This document shows, piece by piece, positions 38,954 to 47,162 of a stretch of DNA of 64,000 nt. The first letter of the stretch is position 1; each line of letters opens with the position of its first letter. Source of the stretch: Deltaproteobacteria bacterium (lineage in GTDB: Bacteria; Myxococcota; Kuafuiibacteriia; Kuafuiibacteriales; Kuafuiibacteriaceae); assembly GCA_040218735.1 (NCBI GenBank), contig JAVJQW010000017.1:1-64000 (forward strand). Direction: 5' to 3'. The notes under the pieces were generated by a model that saw only the letters and a list, made by a program, of their open reading frames with translations, was not told where the DNA came from and did no database searches. The position numbers and the translations under genes were made by a program.

Positions 38954-40122
38954 CGCGCTCGGCGCACTACGAGCTCTGGGGCCTCGACCCCACCGTCACG
39001 TTCCTCAACCACGGCTCCTTCGGCAGCGTGCCGAAGGTGATTCGCGAAGCGCAAGCCGACTTGCACCGGCGCGCCGACCGCGAGCCGGTGGACTTCTTCG
39101 TGCGTTACCTCCCGGACGGCTACCGTCGTTCGCGGGAGGCGCTGGGTGCGTTCGTCAACGCGGACCCGGACGACCTCGTGTTCGTCTCGAACGCGACGAG
39201 CGGCGTGAACACGGTGATGAAGTCGCTTTCGTTCGAGCCGGGCGACGAGCTACTGACGACGAGCCAGGCGTACGGGGCGTGCCGGCACACGCTGGACCAC
39301 GTCGCGGACACGACGGGGGCGAAGGTGGTGTCGGCGCAGCTGCCGTTCCCGATCTCGAACCCATCGCAGATCACCGAGGCGATCCTCGCGGCGGTCACCG
39401 ACCGCACGAAGATCGCGATGCTCGATCACATCGCGAGCCCGACGGGGTTGGTGTTCCCGATCGCCGAGATCGTGGCGGCGCTGCACGAGCGCGGCGTCGA
39501 CACGCTGGTGGACGGCGCGCACTCGGTCGGGCAGGTGCCGCTGGATCTCGAAGCGATCGGCGCAGCGTACTTCACGACGAACGCCCACAAGTGGCTGTGC
39601 ACACCGCGCGGCGCGGCGATCCTGCACGTCCGCAAGGACCGGCAGGACCGCATCGTCCCGCTCGTGACGAGCCACGCGTACCACGCGAAACAAGATCGCT
39701 TCCGCGCGCAGTTCGACTGGACCGGCACCGACGACCCCACCGCGCACCTCGTGATCCCGGAGGCGATCTCGTACTTGGGAGGCCTCCTCGAAGGCGGCTG
39801 GCCCGCGCTCTACGCGGCGATCCACGATCGCGCGATGGAGGGTCGCCGCACGATCCTCGAGCGCCTCGGCCTCGAGTCCCCGTCGCCCGACGCCATGCAC
39901 GGCTCGCTCGCGCCCATCCTGCTCCCGGACGGTGACGGCGAGGTCGACTGGATCCTCGACCCCCTGAGCCGTGAGCTCTGGGACGACCACCGCATCGAGG
40001 TCCCGGTGTTCCCGTTCCCCAAGGCCCCGAAGCGGATGCTGCGCGTGTCGGCGCACCTGTACAACGCGCCGGAGGACTACGAGGGGTTGGCCGAGGTGTT
40101 GGCAGACCGCCTGACGAGGTAG
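38947..40122 (+). CDS. PLP-dependent class V aminotransferase fold (isopenicillin N epimerase / EgtE-like)
   Basis: FLNHGSFG, NATSG, DHIASPT, DGAH, NAHKWLCTP, GTDD, RVSAHLYN. Confidence 0.9.
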   Translation: MVTRSAHYELWGLDPTVTFLNHGSFGSVPKVIREAQADLHRRADREPVDFFVRYLPDGYRRSREALGAFVNADPDDLVFVSNATSGVNTVMKSLSFEPGDELLTTSQAYGACRHTLDHVADTTGAKVVSAQLPFPISNPSQITEAILAAVTDRTKIAMLDHIASPTGLVFPIAEIVAALHERGVDTLVDGAHSVGQVPLDLEAIGAAYFTTNAHKWLCTPRGAAILHVRKDRQDRIVPLVTSHAYHAKQDRFRAQFDWTGTDDPTAHLVIPEAISYLGGLLEGGWPALYAAIHDRAMEGRRTILERLGLESPSPDAMHGSLAPILLPDGDGEVDWILDPLSRELWDDHRIEVPVFPFPKAPKRMLRVSAHLYNAPEDYEGLAEVLADRLTR

Positions 40123-40171
40123 TCGCCCGCGGCACTCGCCGAGGACCGTAGGCGGCCGGAGATATTCAACA

Positions 40172-40825
40172 CTATGCCACGGTCCATGCACGCTCAGCGT
40201 CGGCGCCGCGGAAGACCCCGCTAATCATGTTGGTCTCGAGAAGCTTGCTTGCATCGAATCGAGTGACGCCGACGAGTGAGATTCCCGGTCGATGGTTCAC
40301 GTGCGTTCTTCCAAAACATATGGCGCACGCCCCCAGGGTAGCCAGACGAGCAGCCACCCGCTCGTCGAGCACCATCCGCTCTCCAGGAACGGCACGTGGC
40401 CTTCTCTCCTCGAGGCTGCGATCAATAGGCAACCATTCGGTGGACCCGGCGAGGAGAACCTCGGGCGGGACCGCCGGGATCCCGGCGGACTTCGGAAAGG
40501 GCCATACGTCGTCGTACGCAACAGGTTTGGAGGCCGAGATGAATTCCGACGAGTCATTCCGTAGAGTCCATCCCGATATTGTAAGTCTATTCTCGAGGAG
40601 CCTCGACTGCGGCTCTCCAATTCGAGTCCGAGATTTCGACAACATCCACAGTCCATTGAATTCGAATCGCGCCATCAAGCGGACCAGAAGCACACACACA
40701 GGGTGGTCCTCGGGTAGGCCTCGAGGCCCCTCGGCAAAACGCGCTCCTGTCCAAACAAAAGAATGCCTGAACAGTTCAGTGTGCTCCGCAAGTGGCTCAT
40801 CGAGACCTATCGAGAACATGTTCAA
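40172..40825 (-). CDS. Candidate immunity protein for the Rhs toxin
   Basis: Immediately downstream of the Rhs stop; AGGAG RBS overlaps that stop; visibly lower GC. Start is TTG 40825 or ATG 40819. Confidence 0.7.
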   Translation of the reverse strand: MNMFSIGLDEPLAEHTELFRHSFVWTGARFAEGPRGLPEDHPVCVLLVRLMARFEFNGLWMLSKSRTRIGEPQSRLLENRLTISGWTLRNDSSEFISASKPVAYDDVWPFPKSAGIPAVPPEVLLAGSTEWLPIDRSLEERRPRAVPGERMVLDERVAARLATLGACAICFGRTHVNHRPGISLVGVTRFDASKLLETNMISGVFRGADAERAWTVA

Positions 40826-40832
40826 TCTACTC

Positions 40833-43800
40833 CTATCTGTTGGTCAGCGGGTCATGTGTGGTCGGATAAACATGGTGGCGAGTCGGCTTACCAGGAATAT
40901 CTACTCCATAGTGGGGAGGAATCGATGTTCCGTTCGGGAATTTATGGCCAAACTCGTCAAAATGTGCCCCGATGCCCTCCGACGATACCGGATCCCATTC
41001 CAACCTCTCACCCGGCGCACCTGTTGGTGATCGAGATCCAGGTCGAGACGGAACGGACCGAGCTGGGGGTGTGCCGGCCGGGATACCAGCTTGCCGGAGG
41101 GCTGCGCGACGAGCGGCACTCTCCGACGCATGCTCGATAATGATGGTCCCATCGGGGCAAGCGTTGTGGGCCCGCACCGAAGCTTCTCCGACAAGGTACT
41201 CGTGGTCTCCTTCTACCTCCAAGTTATAGACCCGGTGAGCGCCTCGAATCCGCTCCAGCGATTCGATCGCTACCGCGCCCTCGATGGTCTGGAGGCGCTC
41301 GCCGACCTGAAGGTTCCGAACGTGAACCCAAGCTCTCCGATCGAGCGAGTAGAGTGGATGCGACCCGGTCAGCGAGAGGGGCGTTCGGTGTCCGACGACC
41401 CCCAACACGTAGACGTCTTCGCTATCGCGGCTGATCGTCGCTAGGACCACACGCCCATCCTCAGCAGGCTGCCTCGGAGCTTCACGAACCGCGGTAACGA
41501 TCCCCTCGCCCGCCACTCCGAGCTCCTCGATCTCGAGAACGGCGGAGTCCCCGGCCGATTGAACAGCGCGCGCCTCGAACCAGTCGGTGGGCCGAAGGAC
41601 GTCGACGACGATCACGCCACGCTGTCCGGCGAACTCGATGGTCGCGACCGACCAGGTCTCGTCGACCTTCGATTCGGACGATCCGCCGTAGGTCGCGACA
41701 CGATCGCCCACGCGGATTTCTTCGATGGGGACTCGCCCCTCTGCGGTGGCCACCATCGTGCCCGCCACGAAGCACCCATCTCGAAGTTTCGACGCGATCC
41801 TGCGGAGGGCTGCGGAGCCGCGCCGCGCCAGGGACGTGAGACCGCGGATGGCGGTGGCGAGCTCGATCGTCTCCTTCACTCCACTCAGGACATCCGCCGC
41901 ATGTTTCCCTTGCTCGAAGCCCGTGCTGGTCTGCGCCGCCACGAGGGATGCGGCCGTCTGGTTGGTCGGGAGCAGACGCTCGAGCGTCCCTGCGTCCGGG
42001 TCCTGGTCGAGCGCTCGCGTCGGCGTGGGTACGATCGCCTGCACGATCGGCATCGCGATGGGGCCGATGGGCCCGGGCAATGTCAGGTAGGTCATCGGGT
42101 CGTGCGCGACGTGCTGCAACGCGCGGGTCACGTAACCGCCGATGAACTGCGCCGCCTCGGACGCGTGTCCCGTCATGTCGTAGGCGGCGATCGGGTTGTT
42201 CGCAGCGTAGCCGTAGAGGTTGCACTCGGCGGGGCGCGCGGCGCACGCGTCGAGCTGTTCGAAGAGCTTCGGGTCCGGCGTCCAGAACCGCCCGAGGTGC
42301 GGATCGTAGTCGCGAGATCCGAACCGAATGACGCCGAGATCGGCGTCGTAGCCGTGCTCCACGTAGTCGAACGCAGCGAAGGAGGCCGGGCGAGACGAAC
42401 GCTGCCCGTAGGCCGCCACGTCGTTCTGCACGCCAAGACGATCCGCCAGGAGACTGCCCCGCGCGTCCGTGTGCACCAGCTCGAAACGACCGTGCTCGAC
42501 GACACCGATCAGTCGACCCGCGAGCCGCACCGGCTCGACGAACGTCGCGCCGTCGAGGTGACCGCCGAACAGATAGGCGGCCTCCGGGACGCCGTTGCGT
42601 GTCTTGAGGATCCGCTCCCCATTCTCGTCGTACTCGAAGCGGAGGATGTCGGCGCCGCCCCCTACCCGCGGGACCACGGCGCGCTCCACGTGTCCGTGCG
42701 GCCCGTAGGACAGCGTGATGCCATCGCGCTCGATGATCCGACCCGACGCGTCGAACCGGTACGTCGAGCCACCGGCCTGGAGCGTCGAGCCCTGCCGCGT
42801 CAGGACGCGTCGTCCGGCGGCGTCCTCGAGCACATCGATGAGGCCCGTCTCGTCGTAGTGGTAGCGCTCGGGCGCCCCGGCACCGTTCACCTCCTCGAGG
42901 AACCCTCGCGCGTCGTACCGGTAGTCGAGCACGCGCCGATCCGTGCCGACGGTGGTGACTTCTTCGCGAACGTGACCTCGATCGTCGACGTACCAGCCGA
43001 CGCCCGACACCTGGGCGCCGGCGTCGAGCCAGAAGCCGTTCGGTTCCCGTGTCGTCGCGTCGAAGCTGAAGACGAGATCACGGCCCGCGCCGAAGTCCGC
43101 GCGGTACATCCGTCCTTCCGCGTCGTAGTACAGCTCGAATGCGCGTGCGCCGCCGATGTCCACCGCGGCCAATCGCCCGTATGCGTCGTACGTGTAGGCC
43201 TGGTCGACCTTCTCCAGACCGTACCCGGTCGCCGTGTCGCGAACCGTGCGCGTGGTCGTCGCGAGGTCGCCGTTTTCGTAATACGTCGAGACGACCTCGA
43301 CCTCGCGCCAGCCCCCCACGGTCATGGACACGAGGCGGGTGGTGCCGTCGGGGTTGCGGAGCGTCTTCCGCTGGAAGCCGGTGCCGTGCACCTCCGTGAC
43401 GTAGCCACGTTGCCCGGGGGCGCCGGTGCTCCCGCCGTCGTAGATGAATTCGTACGGGACCCTCGCTCCGGTCGCGACGTCGACGTGTTGCTCGCGGACG
43501 ACTCGACCGATCGCATCGACCGTGTAGTCGACGGTCCGTGCGAGCGTCCCCGTCGCGTCGAGGTGGCGTTTGTGCGCGAGGATGCCCGTCGTGGCGTCGT
43601 AGACGTAGGACACGCCCGCGACGCCGACGCGTTTGACCTCTTTGCCGCGACCGTAGTCGTCGTAGCGAATCCTGTGGTCGGTCCCGTCCGCGAGCGTCAC
43701 GCCGACGATACGACCCTGAGCGTCGTACGAGGCACGTGTGTCGTTGCCGAGCTCGTCCGTCCGAATCAGGACCCTGCCCGCCGCGTCCTCGACGATCTTG

Positions 43801-46800
43801 CTGATGTGCGATCCGTTCTCTTCAAACGATCGGACGAGCCTGTCACCAACGATCGCGAGGCTGGTCTCGATGCGTTCGACGTTCGCCCCCTGGGTCACGA
43901 CGGAGTGTTCGGCGGCGTGTCCGAAGCCGGCGGTGCGCGTCGATGCCACGAGCTCCGCTCCGACGTAGAGGTCGCCGTAGAGCAGCGTGCTCAGGCCACC
44001 CGGCGCGATCGGATCACGCACCAACGTCTTGTCGATTCCGAGCGTCCGATCGCGTTGACTCAGCCCGCTGACGGCCCAGCCCTGCGGAATCTCGGTGACG
44101 TCGACCAAAGACGCCCCGTCGGCGGCGATGAGCTGCGCCGTTCGTTGCGTGATGCCCGCCGTGCCATCGACGAGGCGCTCGATCTCCACGACGCCGACCG
44201 AGGTCGCCGTGGGCCACGTGTAGGCGAAGCGCTCGGTCGGTGTCGCTTGCGTCGATCCACCGAAGTCGTCCCACGACCGCTCCAGACGCTCGTACCCGTC
44301 GTACGCGAAGTGCGTCGTGAACCGAGCTCCCGAGCCACGGTCGATTTCTATCGCCCGGATGTTGGTGGTCACCGGATCGAAGTCGACGATGTTCGTCGCA
44401 ACCCCGTCGGGCGCCGTCGTCCCCACGACGATTTCCGTCGCCGGGTCGTAGTCGATCTTGGTCGTCCCGCGACCTGGCGCGGAGACCGACTTCACGCGAT
44501 CGAGTGCGTCGTAGCTGATGTCCTGCTGGACGAGTGGCCCCTGCGACCCCGTGCGTTCGACACGCGTCACGAGCCCGCGAGCGTTGCGCGTGATCGTCTG
44601 CGACTCCGTAAAGTCGAGCGACGCGTCCGCGTGGCTACCCGTCAGGCTGACCCGACTCGGCATGCAGTGGAGCGCATCGACGAGCCCGACCGCCATCGCC
44701 AGATCTCGCGTCTCGGTGAGCGTCCCGTGACGGCTGGTGCTCGAGACGTCGACGGGACACCACTCGCGCTGGTGCGCCATGACCTCTGAGGTCTCCTCGA
44801 CGACCGCTCCGCTCGCGACGTCTTCCCACCCCGTGCGCGTGAGCCGAGAGCGTCGCCAACGAACCCCGAGGTGCGAACGAAGATCGTGTTCGTGCGCCGT
44901 GTAGCGCACCAGATCCGGCGTGCTGGGATCGAAGGTCTGCGACCGGACGACGATCCCCGGGACGTCGTCCTCGTGCACGTACGACAGCTCCTCCGTGCTC
45001 CTCGGTCCGACCGCTCGCACGAGGTCGAAGCCGATGACCTGACGTCCGACGCTGTGGGCGACGGGGCCGTCGTACACGTACTGATGCGCTACGGCGTCGT
45101 ACCCTCCGGACTCCGAGACGACCTCCGTCAGGACGACGCGCCGTCGCGGCACCTCGGGGTGGGCGTGCGCGTAGCCGTAGCCGAAGCGCATGCGGTTGCC
45201 GCGGCCGTCGTCGGCTTGGACCATCAGCCCGGTCGACGCGCTGGACAGGGGCAGCGCCCACGCCTGCCCGCCGGAGACGTACACGAGCTCGACCTCGCCC
45301 GACCCACGAATATCGGCAACGACCGGGTTACTCGTGTTGATCCCCACACCATTCAGCGCCGGGATGACGCGCTCAAGGAAGTGCTCGCCGAAGTTGATGA
45401 AGAGGAAGGCCGCCGAGCTGTGCCATAGGAGGACATCCGTCAGTCCATCGCGGTTCGCATCGAGGAAACTCGCGCCGAACCCCGACAGACCACCGAGCGG
45501 CGTACCGGAGCGCGTGACGAACGAGAGCGGGACGCCCTGCGGTTCGAACTGAAGGTTGCCCCGCCCGTACCAGACGACGAGCGCACCGGGGTGGCGGCCC
45601 ACGAGATCGACGAGACCGTCCCCGTTGATGTCATGGATCCAAGCGGTGTCGGGGTCGAACGCCGGCGAGAGCGCGGTCGTCACGCCGTCCTCGAAGCTCC
45701 ACCCTCCGGTCTCGCTCTGGTTGTGCAGCACCTCGACGCTGCCGTACGTCAGACGGACGAAGTCCGGCTGTCGATCGCGGTCGACGTCGACGAGGCGCGT
45801 AGTCGCATCGAGCTCCCAGACCCCAGGCACGTCGGCCTCGTGCAGCGGGGTTCCGTCCCGATCACACAGGAGGATCGTCGTCACATTCGTCGACGGGATC
45901 CGTTGCGCGTAGACCACCTGCGGCTCCGTCTCGGATGCACGCATGCGAGCGAGTACCCGCGGAGTGTTGTAGAGGCTGTCGTCCGGGCGACAACGCTGGT
46001 CCGCCTGGGCGTTCGGCGCGAGGGGCTCGCTCCTCCAGCCGTCGTCTGTCTGGTGAACCAGCGCAAACGCGAAGTGGTGCTCGAAGTCGACCCGTCCGTC
46101 CTCCTCGACGTCGAGCGTCGCTGAATAGGTCGGCTGCAGCGCTGCCCCTCCCGCCGCCGCGAGATAGCCCTCGATGCCATCCGCCCGTACGAACTCAGCG
46201 TCGTCGATCGTCTGGTCGCCGAAGTCATACGTGAACGTCCGCGGCGGCTCTCCCGCTCCGCCCGCGTAGGTCTTGGTGATCGACTCCAGATAGAACGCGC
46301 GCCCCATCGGGCTGTGGACGTAGTCGAGCGCGTGCGTCCAACGCAGCGCGTACGCTCCCGTCTGCGCGTGTCTGCTGTAGGCCTCGACACGCGCGACACG
46401 CCGGTCGAGCAACGTCGCTTCGCCCGACGCGTAGGACACGTACGGGACCGGGATCGTCTCGTAGATCAGTCGAACCTGCTGCTCGTCCTGGTGCCCCGGG
46501 CCACCGTACGTGACCGTCGACAGGAATCGGGCGCCCGAGGGGGCGACCGTCCAGGCGTAATCGGCGCGATCGCCGCGGTACCCTTCGACCCGCGTGAGGT
46601 ACCACGCGTACGTCCCGAGGGTGCGGTCGAGGCGTTCGAAGAACTCGTAGCGCGTTCCATCGCCCGACTCGACGACCCAGCCCGCCGACGTCTGCGTGAA
46701 ACGCAACCGGTCGCGGAAACCGAGCGTGTACCAGTAGCCGTCGCTCCCCGGCTTCAACTGACCCCACGGCGAAGTGACCTCGTCGGTCGCGTAGTCCAGG

Positions 46801-47147
46801 TCGCCGACGAACCGATAGCGACGGATCGACAGCTCGTTGGACCAGCCCATCCCCCACTCCGACTGTCCAGACTCCGGGGAGTACGACGGTGCGAACATCA
46901 GGTCCGGACCGCCGCGCTCTTCGGGGTGGTCGATACCGCTCGGCAGCGACTGAACACCGCGCGCCAGGTCGCCCGGGCCGAAGGCCTGCTTACTCAGGGC
47001 ACCGGCGATCGAAGCGATCGACGGACCGTTGATCGTCGGTGTCTGAACCAACGCGTCGTTGAAGGACTGCGCCGAAGCCTCGTGGCTCCACAAGGACGCA
47101 GCGGTACACGTCAGCGCGACGAGCGCGCCTCTACGAATGGTCTTCAT
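40833..47147 (-). CDS. Secreted SpvB/FG-GAP (TcB-like)-YD/Rhs (TcC-like) fusion with HINT domain and C-terminal HNH-like toxin
   Basis: Signal peptide (ASA|Q); SpvB-like SYSPESGQSEWGMGW and AWYLTRVE; FG-GAP DVDRDRQPD, DINGDGLVD, DANRDGLTD; YD repeats; Rhs core RDYDPHLGRFWTPDP...NLYGYAANNPIAAYDMTG; HINT CFVAGT...VYNLEVEGDHEYLV...HN; His-rich tip. Confidence 0.92.
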   Translation of the reverse strand: MKTIRRGALVALTCTAASLWSHEASAQSFNDALVQTPTINGPSIASIAGALSKQAFGPGDLARGVQSLPSGIDHPEERGGPDLMFAPSYSPESGQSEWGMGWSNELSIRRYRFVGDLDYATDEVTSPWGQLKPGSDGYWYTLGFRDRLRFTQTSAGWVVESGDGTRYEFFERLDRTLGTYAWYLTRVEGYRGDRADYAWTVAPSGARFLSTVTYGGPGHQDEQQVRLIYETIPVPYVSYASGEATLLDRRVARVEAYSRHAQTGAYALRWTHALDYVHSPMGRAFYLESITKTYAGGAGEPPRTFTYDFGDQTIDDAEFVRADGIEGYLAAAGGAALQPTYSATLDVEEDGRVDFEHHFAFALVHQTDDGWRSEPLAPNAQADQRCRPDDSLYNTPRVLARMRASETEPQVVYAQRIPSTNVTTILLCDRDGTPLHEADVPGVWELDATTRLVDVDRDRQPDFVRLTYGSVEVLHNQSETGGWSFEDGVTTALSPAFDPDTAWIHDINGDGLVDLVGRHPGALVVWYGRGNLQFEPQGVPLSFVTRSGTPLGGLSGFGASFLDANRDGLTDVLLWHSSAAFLFINFGEHFLERVIPALNGVGINTSNPVVADIRGSGEVELVYVSGGQAWALPLSSASTGLMVQADDGRGNRMRFGYGYAHAHPEVPRRRVVLTEVVSESGGYDAVAHQYVYDGPVAHSVGRQVIGFDLVRAVGPRSTEELSYVHEDDVPGIVVRSQTFDPSTPDLVRYTAHEHDLRSHLGVRWRRSRLTRTGWEDVASGAVVEETSEVMAHQREWCPVDVSSTSRHGTLTETRDLAMAVGLVDALHCMPSRVSLTGSHADASLDFTESQTITRNARGLVTRVERTGSQGPLVQQDISYDALDRVKSVSAPGRGTTKIDYDPATEIVVGTTAPDGVATNIVDFDPVTTNIRAIEIDRGSGARFTTHFAYDGYERLERSWDDFGGSTQATPTERFAYTWPTATSVGVVEIERLVDGTAGITQRTAQLIAADGASLVDVTEIPQGWAVSGLSQRDRTLGIDKTLVRDPIAPGGLSTLLYGDLYVGAELVASTRTAGFGHAAEHSVVTQGANVERIETSLAIVGDRLVRSFEENGSHISKIVEDAAGRVLIRTDELGNDTRASYDAQGRIVGVTLADGTDHRIRYDDYGRGKEVKRVGVAGVSYVYDATTGILAHKRHLDATGTLARTVDYTVDAIGRVVREQHVDVATGARVPYEFIYDGGSTGAPGQRGYVTEVHGTGFQRKTLRNPDGTTRLVSMTVGGWREVEVVSTYYENGDLATTTRTVRDTATGYGLEKVDQAYTYDAYGRLAAVDIGGARAFELYYDAEGRMYRADFGAGRDLVFSFDATTREPNGFWLDAGAQVSGVGWYVDDRGHVREEVTTVGTDRRVLDYRYDARGFLEEVNGAGAPERYHYDETGLIDVLEDAAGRRVLTRQGSTLQAGGSTYRFDASGRIIERDGITLSYGPHGHVERAVVPRVGGGADILRFEYDENGERILKTRNGVPEAAYLFGGHLDGATFVEPVRLAGRLIGVVEHGRFELVHTDARGSLLADRLGVQNDVAAYGQRSSRPASFAAFDYVEHGYDADLGVIRFGSRDYDPHLGRFWTPDPKLFEQLDACAARPAECNLYGYAANNPIAAYDMTGHASEAAQFIGGYVTRALQHVAHDPMTYLTLPGPIGPIAMPIVQAIVPTPTRALDQDPDAGTLERLLPTNQTAASLVAAQTSTGFEQGKHAADVLSGVKETIELATAIRGLTSLARRGSAALRRIASKLRDGCFVAGTMVATAEGRVPIEEIRVGDRVATYGGSSESKVDETWSVATIEFAGQRGVIVVDVLRPTDWFEARAVQSAGDSAVLEIEELGVAGEGIVTAVREAPRQPAEDGRVVLATISRDSEDVYVLGVVGHRTPLSLTGSHPLYSLDRRAWVHVRNLQVGERLQTIEGAVAIESLERIRGAHRVYNLEVEGDHEYLVGEASVRAHNACPDGTIIIEHASESAARRAALRQAGIPAGTPPARSVPSRPGSRSPTGAPGERLEWDPVSSEGIGAHFDEFGHKFPNGTSIPPHYGVDIPGKPTRHHVYPTTHDPLTNR

Positions 47148-47162
47148 GTCGGACTCCTCGAA

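Noticed and set aside
41163-41774. Mobile intein with homing endonuclease
   Set aside because: No LAGLIDADG motifs, the +1 residue is Ala, and the position before a toxin tip fits a pretoxin HINT domain.
41559-44789. 1076-aa plus-strand ORF
   Set aside because: Antisense shadow of the Rhs gene.
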